Source: Ascidiella aspersa
Lineage: Eukaryota
Assembly: GCA_963924565.1 (NCBI GenBank)
Contig: OZ004608.1
Span: forward strand, 9,424,001 to 9,488,000
DNA length: 64,000 nt
Direction: 5' to 3'
Shown: piece by piece, positions 11,553 through 25,900 of the stretch
How positions within the stretch are numbered: the first letter of the stretch is position 1
Layout: each line of letters begins with the position of its first letter
Program-made: the position numbers and the translations under genes
The notes under the pieces: model-generated
The model's input: the letters and a program-made list of their open reading frames with translations, nothing else
Told to the model about the DNA's origin: nothing
Databases searched by the model: none

Positions 11553-14500
11553 TCACGAGTTCCAAATCAGCTCGTCAACAGTGTTTTCGCTCAAAAACAA
11601 ACTGCCGCTTGAGGGAGACAGCAGGTTATTGTGAGCGACGGAAACATCACTGCTGACCACAATACTATTATGACCACCACCCGGGTCAAGGGGTCGGAGT
11701 TCAGGAGTCAGCTGAACGTAGTTGACATTACAAAACTTGCTATTGTGGTTTAGTGCAGGGTTTGTGCTGGCTGGCGTGTCCAACATTGTCTCGGTGGAAG
11801 TTCTGTTGTCAGGGTTACCCAACACCTGGTGGCCAGTCATTAGACCGTTCCTGTCATTTTGTAAGTCAGAACACAACGTTGTGCTTTTTTCTGTTGGCGT
11901 CGTGGTTAGCAGCCTTTCAAGTGCGTTGCTTGAGTCTAGGTCGAAGTTATTGGAGTTGTTGGCATTACGCGAAACTTGTTCCACCAATCCACCAGACCCT
12001 AAATCAGAAAAGTATTATCTTCACCACTAAAACCAAAGTAAATTGCAAAACAGGTTAGGGCTGGAAGAAATCAATTATTATCTTAGGTAGAACAAGTTTA
12101 GCAGTCGAACTGTGGTAAATTGTTAACTGCAAGTAAACAATCACATTTTTACTTTCTCTTACGAGTTTTGGGTTAAATAGCAGTCTTTACAATATTATAA
12201 TTGTATATGTCAATTGTCAATGAATTTCAAGCGAAAAAGGTTGATTAACTGAAGACGAGGTCGAATCGAATACGTATTAATCAAGTGATGTCGATCTACT
12301 TGACCTTTTTGGATTTAAAATTCATTACTTATCTAAATCACAGATCCGTGCATAATTTACTCGTGTATATGTTAATTTGCCAACACTGTTTCGAAGTTAC
12401 CTTGTGTAAAGCTAATGTTGTCTAGTGCCACAGTGTTGAGACCATCTGCCGCAGGTGCGCCATGCTTTTGTATGAGTGCTCCTATCTTGCCACTGACCAC
12501 AGTGAGCGGTAATTTGTGGTGGACATTGGAAAGTCCATTGAGAGGTAGTCCCTCGTGCTTGACGGTGATTCCAGTTTTCTGGTGATGATGTGCAAAAGAT
12601 TTAGCACAGTGTTCTCAATCTTTTTTCGTGACGACCCAAATAATAGTCGAAGCTATGACGAACCAATTCTCTTCACTGAACTATTTGTAAGCTAACGAAA
12701 ACATAATAACTTAACATTAATAACAGTGGTCGGCAAACTTTTTTTGTAGCGGCCCAAAGTACTCTTTTCAGAAATATTGAAGGCCCACTATGTAAAACCT
12801 CTACGAAAACAGCACTAGCGGATATTTTTTTTTAAAGTGATATATTACATGGCGCCTTAATGCCCTAAACACTGCTATGATAGTGTAAAACATGCTATAA
12901 AACAAAGAAAATATGCGTGAAGCGCGAAACATTTTGCGTTCACATATATTTAAAGTTGGCAAAAATATAGTTTGACAGGCTTCCACGACTACATTTGGCA
13001 TGTGGGTATGAACCACGCTGAGACTATATAAAATTTCTAAGCGACGCGAACTTTTAAAATAAAGTGCAATAAATGCACAGCTATCATGCAGCCCACAACT
13101 GCATGATAACAATAAGCATTTAAAAGTAATTCGGGTCCACAAAAAATGGCTCTGCCCACAGTTTGCCGACCGCTGATTTATAAGCTTGAATTTAATAATA
13201 TGAGCCAATTTTAATGTTTTCAAGTATATTGAGCCAATTTTTTTAAGTATTGGAGAAATCTTGCTCAGAACCAATCTCAATAAACCTAATCATGTGAACT
13301 ATTGCAGTCGGTGACCAATTCAAACGGCGACCCAATTTTAGGTGGCAACCTATAGTTTGAGAAACACTGCTTTAGCAATTGGGCACCTCACAAGTCACAA
13401 CATCTAAAATAATACAAGGACTTTAATGCATGAAATCTAAGTGCATCAAGATTTTAAATAAGTACCTTGGAGATATTTTCAAATCATATGGCCAGATCAC
13501 AAATGTACTGTTTAATAGTTTAAGTATAACTTGATCGTTTTTTAATACCTTTTAACTCTTCAAACTGGCCTATTTCATTTTAAAGAAAACAGAAACAACC
13601 AAATGTAGCATTCCTTATTTTACATTTAAAATGCAACAATGGTATTTGAGAAAATCTTGTAGTTCTCCTTTTTTAATTGATGGTAAACTCACCAGAGCAG
13701 AATTTCTTCTTGATTTGGCAGAATGAGGTCGTTTGCTGTTGGATTGATGTTGCAGCACCAGTTCTTTGCCGGACGCTTGAATGTGATTGATGTCTCCAGG
13801 AACTTTAAATCCCGATGAGCCACCTAACCCGGAGCTGACTTTGGATGGAGCGCAGGACACGGTGAACTTATCTTGCCCGGTGGTCAGAAAAGAACTAAGA
13901 TTGAGCATTTCGTCATGAATTGAGGTAGAAGACTTGTTAGCTCCCTGTTGCTGGCTGCTGCCATCGAGCGGCCAATTTACCACATTGAATTCTGTGTGCT
14001 CGCCATTTTGATGTCTAGCCTCTTGCAAAGTGGAATTTGAGTGCTGACCATACTCGACAGTGAATCGTTTCGCCCGGTTAATTTTCTTCGAAAGCGTCCT
14101 GGACGAAGGATCGTCGGTGGAGCGTTGCACCATAGCACTGTTGTCGATACTTGAGGATTTAGTGAGGCCACGGCCAGGGGGCGGCAGAGAGGCGGCGACA
14201 CCTTGCTTTGTCCGCATTGCACTGCTTGCATAGGTTTGGGTGAAAAGGTTGCCTGATTGGTCTGTGACAAGCTCGTTGTGTAATCCAGTTGACGAATCAA
14301 CTCGAGTCCTCCTGAGGTGTTCGGGAAACTTGGCACTTGAAAGGGGCTTAAACGAAAGTTTGTTTTTAAGAGTGCCGCCGGAAAACAATGCTGCTTTTGC
14401 GGTTCTTTCCGCGCCCTGGCTTTGACTCAGACATTTATTTACCCTTCTCCAAGTTAAGTGCGACTTTCTGTTGTAGCTGGTGTGCCTGTTATCCATTGAC

Positions 14501-17500
14501 CAGCCATTAAAGGCGTTCACCTGCACACAAGTACCAAATAACAAATATTGAAATCAGTTTGCATAGAGATCTAAATAAAAACAGATGACAGTGAGTATAC
14601 AAAATAAGAGGCTATATACTTGTTTTCATCAATGAATTTACTAGGCATGTAGGTGAGATAAAACTTGTTTTCCTAAATATTTTAGTAATTGTATTCTATT
14701 TGATAAAACTAAGAATAAAGGAAAAGCAAACAAAAAAAAAAGACAATGTTCAGTTTATTTGGAAGGTTAGGTGCAAAAACATTGCCTCTTTGCCATCTAT
14801 CATCGTGTCTTTTTTACAAACTAATTCTAGTTTAATTGATTTATTTTGTATTGATAATAAAATGAGCTGGGAGAAAAAGTCAAAAGAAAAAAATTATATT
14901 TAAAAAAAATTGTAATGGCTTTAAATTAAATTTGTCAAGTTCATATGTAATGTGTACTGTTTCCTATTCATATGCGAATTGTCATTTCAAAATGGCACAA
15001 ACCACTGATTATTTCCATGTAGATAAAAGTGTGGGGAAATAAGGGATAACTATTGTTTCCAGCAGCTTCCCTTTGTTTTACTTCCTAACCAACATTAAAT
15101 ATAGCAAAAAACACAAGCAAATTAGAGCATTCATATTTTCAATGTTAAAGGAAGATTATTGAGAGTAAGAATTATCCAGGGTTTTTGTGTTCCCTTTAGA
15201 AAACAGAATGTTAAAATTACTATAATAAATTAATAAAAGACTAAAAAATGCAAACAGCATTATGCCCGTAATGTTTTAAATGGCAGGAATTTAATAAAAC
15301 ATGATTTAAAAAAAGCTGTGAATAAATGTGTTGAATTGTGGCTTTATTAAAAAAACGGCCAGAATGGAACTTCTTTTGAACATCTAGGTTCCAAAATGTA
15401 TAAAATGACACACAATGCCAACTGTCCAATTTAGAAACACTAGTATAGCATACAATCCGAATTTGCAAGTGTTACCATTAATGGCTTGGGATGATGGGAG
15501 ATATAGTGCTGGTTTGGAAAGTTCTCCAATTCTGACTCCGTGTCTGCCGCAGATTCCTTCCAGCAATCAATGTGCCGGGGTGCGGTGGATCTGGTAAGAC
15601 AAAAATGAAAATATAACTGAAAATAGAGCTTTTTTAATCCTATGAACTGCATGCAACACATCTGTTTATTCTAAATGCAAAAACAAAATAGTAGACAAAA
15701 CCTTGTCTGTTTTGAAGCATGAACATGAATAGTTACTGAAAAAATGAATGAAGAGATATTTAAAAGAGTCAAAATGCAACCTACTTCTGTATGTGCAATG
15801 ATATTCTTACTATGTCTTTACAACCTTTAACCATTATGCTCCAAAAAGTTTTGAATGTTTAGTGTTTTACTCAATAAAAGCACAGTTGTATATAAATGTT
15901 TTATTGATCAAATAGACTAATAATATTGCCTACATTGACAAGTCATCTAAAAGATATATATATATCATTACAGCCTGTCGCAAATGTTTATTCAGAATTC
16001 AGTAAGAGCAGACAAATGTCACCAGAAATAATCCATAAATAGAAAATACTAAATTCTCACTGCAGTAACATTTTGACTTTTTAAAGGTTATGATAATCAA
16101 CAATCATTTTGAAACAGGTCACAAGAAAAAAAAACGCAAACCTAAGTTATACCAAGTTTTAAAAACTTTGTTAATAGTAACTAAATCCTATTTGGTGTTC
16201 AAAACTCTTAATAAATGTTAAATGTAAGGTAGGTTAACATCATAAGGAAAGGATAAATATGGAACTTCCCATTACTATTCCTGGCAGATAGTGTTTGTTT
16301 AGTCTGTGGCAAACTAAATAACACAATGTGCTATAGGTACAATAACATGCATAATAAATTACTTATTTAATCTGCACTCTTTCATGTGCCTTTAAACTGT
16401 TAAGTTGGGGTAAAAAAACAATGCCATCACACCTAAACTATTCTTTAATCAGTTTCTTTTTCAGGTAAAAAATACACTCTTAGCCTAACCAATAAGCCAT
16501 CAACCATTTTCATTTTTCTCTCTGAGTAATAGCTGTTTCAATCTTTCAAATATTCTGGTGTTTGTTTTTACCTCAATCAATTCTATAGGAATTAACTTTC
16601 ATGTGGCTCACAACTGTCTAACTAACACTTTCCTAATTAAATTTCATTTGTGTGTGTGTAAATTACTGCATATAATTGCAATCCAGGTTGGGACAAATTA
16701 ATAACAGTTATCCTCTACACAAAGCAGGTGGTGTAATTATAACACACCCTGACCATTTCAAGTAGGATGGGCTGCACTTTGTCGTTCTTTGTTCAATGCT
16801 ATTCTTTGAAGCACTATCAACTTAAACAACCTGCATAACCCTGCACTGTACCTGTATTTTGAGCTTACAAATGTAAACAAAAGCAATCAATTACCAGCCG
16901 GGCATCATTATAATAAAACACAGGCAGTTTTTAGGCAAAAATTATCTTGAGTACAATTATATTTTAAAGTTGGTACCATTAGGCAAACCCTGATATAACA
17001 ATGTCATAAAAATTGACTAAAACATCTATAAAAAAGTGACACATTACCTTGGAAACAGATGGATAACATGCTTAGGCTTAGTAGAGGTCGACAGCGTCGG
17101 TTTGACCTCTATTTTGGGGCCAGAACTCTTGGCTTTGGGTGTTGTAACATTGACCGGCAATGTTTTGTTGATGACTGACTTGTGTAGAATCACAGGCTTG
17201 GGCGATTCAGTAACGACTGGTGAAACAACAGAACTTAATAAAAGGAAGTTAATTGTTCGAATGCAAGAAACCTACTATGATTACACATCACAACTGAAAT
17301 GGATTGCTTATACCAGTAAATGATATCGCAGGTAATCATAAAAGTATAAATATAAAAATTTTTCATTTTCAACTAAATAAATTGAAATAAATATCCCATT
17401 CATACAGCGACAGGCCCACAGGTATTTATTTAAATTTAAATCATTACTAAATAAGCAATCACAGTTTTAAATAAAGTGAAAAGGTTAAATCCTTTGGGCA

Positions 17501-20500
17501 GTAATTTTGCAAACTAGGGTCTGCAAAATTTAAAGCCCAGCCGGATTGCTTTAAGCAGAAAGTAGTCGAAAAGTTCTTGTGCAATGTGGAAATAACTCTG
17601 GCATGGTTATTAGTGACTGGACAGTTTAACATATAAATAAGCTGAGAAATCAATGATTGGAATAACATACCTTACAAATAAAAGTGCAACAATTTAAACA
17701 TTCAATTCAAAAACAAAGCATATTGCTTTATCATTCGGTAATCTAAAACAAGTAGAAAGGGAATACCTTTTGGTGTAATGGGCAGAGACAGTTTTAGTTT
17801 TAATTGAGTATCTTGTTCTTTTAACCTCTGCTTGGTTAGAGCATGCTCCTTCAGCAGGTCTTCATATGGTTTCCTGCGACCTAGTCAAACATATAAAATT
17901 ATAACTTTAGTTTAGCCCAAAACAAACAGCTGCATTGCTTTTTATGGTCATAACATCATGTAGAAGTGTATGACGATAGTGGACCGGAGCGGATAACAGA
18001 TACATATTGGTAGTAGTATTGGTACCTAATCCTAGGGTGATTTTGGTGCCGATTCGACAACAAATTATTATAGAAATTTCAATCATGATTTGTGATCTAA
18101 TGCAGTGATTTTCACCTTAAAAACTTAATATATCAAACAGCTAGAAAAAAATATCAGGTTAAAATGTTGCATGAGACATCTCTAATACCTTGTAAAAAAA
18201 CACCTAAACTAACTTTTATACTGTAAGATTGAAAAAAGTGGAGAGTTTGTTGTATGACTTGACAAAGACGCCACAAATAATAGCAATAAAATATAGTTTT
18301 TTTACAAAGGAAAAGCACGGAGTATATAGCAGTCTTTATAGGCCTGAATTGGGACCTTCAGGACAAAATAACTCCTCTCATTAAAGATATTTTAACAGAA
18401 ACAGCAAACACTATAAAAACATACCAGCAACTTTCTTTTTTAAGCTTTTAGCGTGTGTTTTGCAGGTAAGCGATCTGGTGCAATTCATCATGTCTTCAAC
18501 CACCCAAACTCCACAGTGTTTGTTAGGATCGTACTCACGTGCTACGCACAACCAAAAACAAAGGTTCATTAGTTAAAGAACAATACAAAGCAATAAGCAC
18601 CACTGTATCAAATTTGTGAATTGACTTGTCACTTAATCAGTATTAGATCAAGTGTTTAGCAAAGGGTAACTTTACAAAGAACTGTTATTTATCATTTTTG
18701 CCCAAACTTCAACTGGTTATAAAATTTTATCAATAAAATAAATTTCCCAAAATGCAATGCAGCCATAACTATTTTTTTTTTCATAAATGTAAGGCATGTA
18801 CCTATGTTGTTTTGCAAGGTTTACCGTTATAAAATAAAATGTGCTCTTCATGACATATCTATTTTTTTATTCTTTTTAATCCAATAACTTTAGTTTTATA
18901 AAATATTCAATAAAAGTCAATAAAACGATACAAACCTTTTAACGGAATATTTTTCTTTGGTCTTATAACAGTCCCATCGTCGCTAGTCTTTTCAGGTAAA
19001 GTTTTGGCACCCCTGTCCTCAGCCTTAACAATCTCCCGCTGTGGGTTGTGATGATGTTTGTACTGACGATTCGGTGACGGAGGCGGGCTTTGTCTATCGC
19101 GAGCTGCTTCGGCAAAACTTCGCGATGTAGTTTCAAGTTTGGGCGACTTCTTTAGCAGCACAACTGGACCGTTGCTGAGGTGGGTGCTTTTTACTGTCAA
19201 GGAACCAGGGTTTTCATTGCCGCCACCGTCTTTGGCATTTTTCACAACCTTTGCAATTTTGCTGGCAGAGCCTCCGGCCGTTGCAGAGTGGTGCTTCGCC
19301 GAGTGGGAGATCTGGCTGTGTAAGGATCGCTTTAAACCACTGGCAGATCGCTGCACTTTAACGTGGGCAAGCTCCGATGTAGGCTTAACATCGGAAGTCC
19401 GGAGAGGCTTGGATTTGCCATGTGGAGCTGCAGCCTTGTCCATTGCCAACTTGATCGCAGCAGAGAGCTTCTTCTGATCGACTCTTTTCGATGCCGAAGA
19501 TGCTCCTTCGGGAATGGGAGGTGGCAGCTTGGTACTAGTTGGAGGGCAGACAACTGTTGGTTTAACGAAGGGCGCTTTGGCAGGATAATTGGATTTGGTG
19601 ATGGGCATCTTGGAAGTTTTTCCACCATGATGTTTTTCTGAAACAGAATTGCATTTTTTTGTTTGATAACTGAGGGTTTATTGCAGCTGACTTAAAATCA
19701 TTCCCTTAATATAATCTGCTTTTAGTTTTTTTTTTTTTTTTTTTTTGTTTAATTGTGTTATTTATATTTAAAAATGAAAGGTAAGAATTTTATATAGGTA
19801 CATCTGTTCTAGCTTTTTAAAACCTAATGGTTTTGCATAAAAAAAAGTGTAGTAGAATGATACTTATATAAGCTTTTTTTCTTTTCATGCAATTTGAGTA
19901 TAGTAACACAGATGCACTTAGTTGATAGTAATGAGCTGTACATTGCATTAATAGGAAAGTGAAAATTTTACTAAAATAGGTATATATTTTGGAAGTTGTT
20001 ATCTTGGGGTCTATGGTAAATAAGTGATATATAACTTTAAGTATATAAACAAAACACAAGCAATTGTCAATGGTATGTGGTATCATATAAACAACGTGAG
20101 TTTTAATGAGCTTGAATGTTGTTATCATGGGTCAACATAACTTACACCCCGCCGATAATATAATCTGTTCTAAAGTGGAAACCTACAAATTAATAAAAAG
20201 TAGCAAACATCAGTGCAAAATTGGAGTACAGATAGGAAACAAACCACTTACCGACATGATAATGGAAAGTCTGGGGTTTAATCGACCGTCGACAGTGCTT
20301 GCAAACAACAACATAAAAGTTGTCTTTCGCCGGGCAGAATCCAAACAGACCAAGATCTAGATATTTGTATAAATTAAATTAAGTAAGTAAACAAAGGAAG
20401 GTGATAGTTTTAGACTAGTGTGACAGACAGTGATGATTCACTTCCCAGCACTGTATTGGTTGTTTAGGCTTCATGCATATTGCATATCACCGTAAATGAT

Positions 20501-21604
20501 TTAATACAAGGGTAATTCTAATAGTTAATGACAGTTATTGATTGGACTAGAACTGAAAAGTTGACATGTGCATAGTTCGTTGCATCTCTCAGTTTTACAT
20601 TTATGTTAATTTACCAACTATTATCATAAAACAACATATAACAAGCTGAACTTTTTTACCTTCTCTTTTAAGTGTGGCAACTTCTTTATCTTGCCTACCC
20701 GGTGGAGTGGATGGGGTACTACTCTCACCTGAAAATATTTTTAAAGTAAACAAACTTGTTTTAGGTATTTCAATTCATTATCTTGAGAAACCAAATAGAG
20801 TATTAGAAAAAGATGCAATTGAGTTGACAATTTTATCTAACTTTTTAAAAATTCAAAAAATAAGTAGCTAAATTAAAATGTTTTTAGCGTTTTAATTGTA
20901 CAACAGCAATTGGCACAGTAAAATTATCAACTTTAAATATAGAATGCCGCTATAAATTTGAGAAAAATACTATTGAATTGTATTAAATATGTAAAACTGG
21001 TTCGTTTAACTATTATTTTAAAAAACAAATTTGTATAAATAACAATAACTTTTTGTGGAATATAGATATTTATGAACTATAAAACAACAAGTAAGGTGCT
21101 CCTTTAGCATCTTAACCATTGTGGACTTTAATTGGCATTACGTTTACACTTGTCTAGCATTGACCCAGTTTGGAAAGTATGGCAGATTTCAACAGATCTC
21201 GCGGGGGCACAGCCGAAATTGAAAAAATAACATGGGTGCACTTTCCATACTTTCCACAGTGGGTACTGACAAACAAAACAGTTTAAATCACGGAAGTTGG
21301 CACGATATTTAGGTTATATAACAGTATTTGAAAGCTTATATATACCTTGCCACAGAAAAAAATTAAAAATTTAAAAGTAAACATACACAGACAGTTTTAC
21401 AAAAAAGTGATTCCGGGTTGGTTCATAAAAAAGGAAATCAGCCTGTAGTTCAACTTAAAAGGGACTAGAGGGGCAAAATAGCTTTTCAAAACCTGAAATG
21501 AACTTACCAAGTCCCTCCTGTTCGACTGCATTTTGCCACTCAGTCCACTGACATCCCTGAAACTGGTCAAGATCTGGTCCAACGTTGTCTTCAAATGCTG
21601 CCAT
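11553..21604 (-). CDS. ATXN7: Ataxin-7 family protein (SAGA DUB module), ~979 aa; exons 21604-21508, 20728-20660, 20356-20252, 19637-18936, 18541-18425, 17880-17767, 17216-17048, 15590-15476, 14520-13693, 12578-12401, 11998-11553
   Basis: N-terminal GCQWTEW; ZnF LFGFCPAKDNFYVVVCKHCRRSIKPQTFHYHVEKHH; SCA7 domain REYDPNKHCGVW...CTRSLTCKTHAKSLKKKVAGRRKPYEDLLKEH; HHPKPL motif. All junctions are GT-AG and phase-compatible (2940 nt). Confidence 0.93.
12607..13369. mobile_element. hAT MITE containing a second nested hAT MITE (12724-13175)
   Basis: Outer TIRs CAGTGTTCTCAA / TTGAGAAACACTG with TSD atttagca/ctttagca; inner TIRs CAGTGGTCGGCAAAC / GTTTGCCGACCGCTG with TSD attaataa/atttataa. Confidence 0.85.
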
Positions 21605-22918
21605 ACTTTACAGCATTTAAGAGTGTAGTACCATCGTTTGGGGCACGACACCTCTCAATAACTATACGAACGTATGTCCATATTTTGCTTTTCAGCTGAC
21701 CGTAGAATGTTGTCATCAGAAACAGTACACCTTTGTTTGCACCTAATTCGCGGTAAATTTAGTGAGTTCTGTCCAGTACAAAAACACTTTTTAGCACACA
21801 GGCTTGGCTTAAAGATAAACAGTAGATCAAAAGTCGGTGCTTCTGTTCCTCTGTTTGTTTCACTCTACCACTTGTGGCGCAATATACACCTACCTGTAAA
21901 CATGCTCCAGTGATGAAAGATTACTACAGCATTTTCTTTGCTTCGATCATTAAAAAAACAACACTGTAGCATTATCAGTTGATATTTGCATTAAATTTTA
22001 TATAGTAACTTTATTCGATATTCATTAAAGATATTTACAAAATTTTGTACGAATGTAAAATAAAGACTACAATGAAGTGAAATGAGTCACGTACAATTCA
22101 ATACAGTAAAATTGAACTGATTCGAATTAAGATAGCCGTAAAGCGCTATTCTGGTAAATACGTAAAATGAGGTAAAACTTCAACTAAATAAGCGACCTGG
22201 CTATAATCACAAACTATGGACTCTATAAACCACTGTGCTTTTGCTTTACAAACGATAGTTTTATTCCACTTGTAGTGTCCTTTGATCGGTTGTTATATTT
22301 TTCTCATCCTATTAGGGAATATATATACTTCTACATATAAACTAATAGACGAATGAAAATAACTTTTAAACTTATATATTGGTTGATTTTAGAATTTGGA
22401 AGGTATTATATATTAACAGGTTTTTACGAACCTTCAAAATTGATTTTAAAATTATAGCACAACGCCAGAAGTTCAGTCATACTTGCCACTTTAAAAGAGA
22501 CACATAAATTAAACCTCGTAAAGAAGGTTTTTGTTAAAACGGTATGAAATCGAAAAAGAGTTACGTCTTTCATCAATCAATCAAAATATATTTATTACGT
22601 AAGAAAGAACACACAAATCCATTTATCGTTTTCCATGTAATATTTAAAACAAGGGTAGCTTTACAAACCAATAAAATATTTAGTTTAGCGTCAGAATATT
22701 TTATAATATTTTTTTCGGGAACGTTTGGATCGGTGTTGAATTCTATTTAAAAGCTCATAGATAAGTTACTATTTAGGTACTTTCCCAAATCTCAGTACTT
22801 CGTGGTTCTCAAGGAAAATCACTGTTGTTTATTTACTTTAATTTAGATTTAATTGATGTACAAATGGGGCATTTTAAATTACTAATTTAGTGAAATAAAG
22901 CTTCCAAAAGTTTTCACA
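21605..22918. promoter_or_regulatory. Bidirectional promoter and 5' leaders shared by ATXN7 and THOC7
   Basis: Divergent start codons ~1.3 kb apart; TSS positions not determinable. Confidence 0.6.
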
Positions 22919-25900
22919 ATGACAACCGCTAGTGACGGTAAGTTTCATGTATTTATATTCCAGTTTACCCTGTTTAATAGTAATGTAAGAAAATGTTCGA
23001 TTTTGTGGCTTTGTATAGAAAGAAGGAATGTTAAGTGAACTACCATGTGATAATAATAACTAGAAATCAGGTCAAACACAATATTTTAGAAAAATAACTA
23101 TTTTACTACAAAATTTCTTTCAGATGATGTCATCAGAAGGCGATTATTAATTGATGGTGATGGCGGAGGCGATGAAAGAAGATTAAATGCGCTTATGAAG
23201 CTCTTCATAAAGTGGTGCAATGCACCTGAAGCTGACAAGTATGAAATTATCTGTTATAAAACTGAAATCATTTTAAACTTGGTTTGTTTCAGAAAAAATC
23301 TGAAGCAAAATTGTCTTCAGATATCAGCTATAGTGTTTTGAGTTAACAGGGCACAAATATTTAGATGTATAAGTTACTAAGTAATAATCTCTTATTTAAA
23401 TTTCTTAAAATAATCCCAGCTGTGCTGCACAAAATAATCCCAGCTGTGCTGCACTCTTATTTAAATTTCTTAAAATAATCCCAGCTGTGCTGTCACTATA
23501 TGCAGACTGTACCTTTATAAGTTAAGATTTCTAAGCAATATATACGTGGGAAGTATTTTTAAGTAGATAAAATATGAGTTTATTTTTTTTCGTATTCAAT
23601 AACATCACAGATTTTTCATAAATCAAAAGTATTATTTTGTTTGTGAGTTTAAGACTACATGGTCATCATTAGTACACAAGATGCTTTTGGGAAGGCTTAC
23701 TAAAATCAACAGAGATTACTGTTAAGCACAATAAAACTTTGACAACTCAAGTTTTTCGGCCACATAACCAGATATCAAAAACAAGAGTACATAATTTTGT
23801 GTGGCAAAATATGTGGAAAACATGCTCCTGGACGGCCAAAGAAAAATGCTTATAAATTAATTGAGGGACTTTCTGACCATCAAAGCAGAGAATATTTTGT
23901 AATTGGCAAGAAATAGTAACATATGGAGAAAACTGTGCTTCATAGCAGCCGAAGCCTGGTTCAGGCATGGCACTGATTGATAATGATGATACTAAAATCA
24001 GTCCGCTTGATTGGGATTAAAGTGGAAGCAAACTCGGGCTAGAAAAAAAAAAAAAAAAAAACAACCTCCGGTGAGGTGCAAACTTACAACCTTGTGTCAC
24101 ACCGCGATCAATGCTCTATCAACTAAATAGAGTTGACTTGGATATTTTAAAATGTTTTCCAGTTCAACTCATCAGCGAATGCTTTCATTCCTGGCTCAAA
24201 GCGAATTTGCAATGACAAAATCATCATTTGTTTACACAATGAACTTACAGCAAATGGAAAAATACAATATGCTTCAGGTGAATAACTGTGTTTATCTGAC
24301 ATAATTGAACAAAATCTGGTTAATCATCATGTAAATAGCCTTTTATGCATCCACAATTTTAACTTTGTAATATTTTAAGTATATTTAATTGGCAACTAAA
24401 TAACAAAATGAGACTTACTTAATACTTATGTCTTACTTGTTTTATGGTTTTGGTATTTAAACCAGCTACAACTTTTGTGAATATTTCAAATAATTTCTAC
24501 ATCTTATCATCTTCTGTTTGAACAGTTGTACAACCATATTGAAATCTGTGGGTTTTATTCAATTAGTTTTTTTGCACCGCATAGGAAGAAATTGATAGAA
24601 ATGTAGCGTTGGCTCACACGGAAATTGAAAAGTGCAAAAGTGAACTTGAGGAAGCGCGTTTGGTGCGAAAGAATCGACAGCAATACGATGCTCTTGCTGG
24701 GGTTGTGCTCGAACAACCTGATCGACAAAACACTGAAGGGTAAGTAATATGTAAAAATTAATAAAGGGGTCTGCAAAAGCACCTTAAACAAATTTGGGTA
24801 TTTCTTTTTTTTTTTCATTCTGATACATATGTTTTTCTTTACATTGGTATATGATAGGGAAGAATTAGTATATAATATCTAAATTAGTATATAATATCCA
24901 ATTTAACACCATTTTTTCTAGTCAACTTAAAGACCTTGCCCAAGAGTTGAAAGACCTTGAAGCCACAGAATTACAGTTGGTTACCAAACTTGACCTACGA
25001 AAAAAGCAGTTTCATGCCCTTCTAACATCCATATATCAATTGCAAGCTGTTTTAAAAGGTTGGTATTACTCCAAATTTGTTTAGACATTAAAATGTTTTT
25101 TGTAATGAATTGCAAAGCCATAAAGGTCGATACAAGTTCATATCGAACGTCTTAATCAACATGATGGCGATATACTCAACATTTTTGACTTTGCAATTTA
25201 TTAAGATACTTTACAGATCCGTGCATAGTGTACCCAAAAACTGTTTTTATTTTTTATTAGCAGCAAAACTATTGTGAGATGTTGGTAAACTTAATAACGC
25301 TGACGATCAACTTCTAGACATCAAAAAAACAAATATACTAAAGCTTTTTTAGAAAAAAACTTCTAGACACCAATAAAACAAATATATTGAAGTTTTTTGG
25401 AAACACCTGTACGAAAAAACATACTACTTGTAATATGGCTTACCAATTTTCATAATATTACATGTTAAAATACTACTGTAATGGCAAGTTTGTAGTCGTT
25501 TAACTTGGCCTAATGAATGACACCCATTGTCATGTGTTGAATTAAATGGAATTCAGCTCTACGCAAAAGCTGGGACTCTTCCATTGTATGTATACACAGT
25601 TACTTTAGTTTTAATTATTTGTGCTTAAATTTCAACACCAGCATTATTCCTAGGTGCACTATGCACAGATCTGTAATGTATCTTGATAATGAATTGCAAA
25701 GCCAAAAAGGTCGAGTCGATCGATATCATCATCATTAAGACGTTTCAATACGAACTTGTATCATCTTCGGTTAATGCTTCAGTAAAACAGTTAAAGCATT
25801 AACTGAAGATGATACAAGCTCGTATTGAAACGTCTTAATCAAGATGATGCCGATCTACTCGACCTTTTTGGCTTTGCAATTCATTATCAAGCTACAATAT

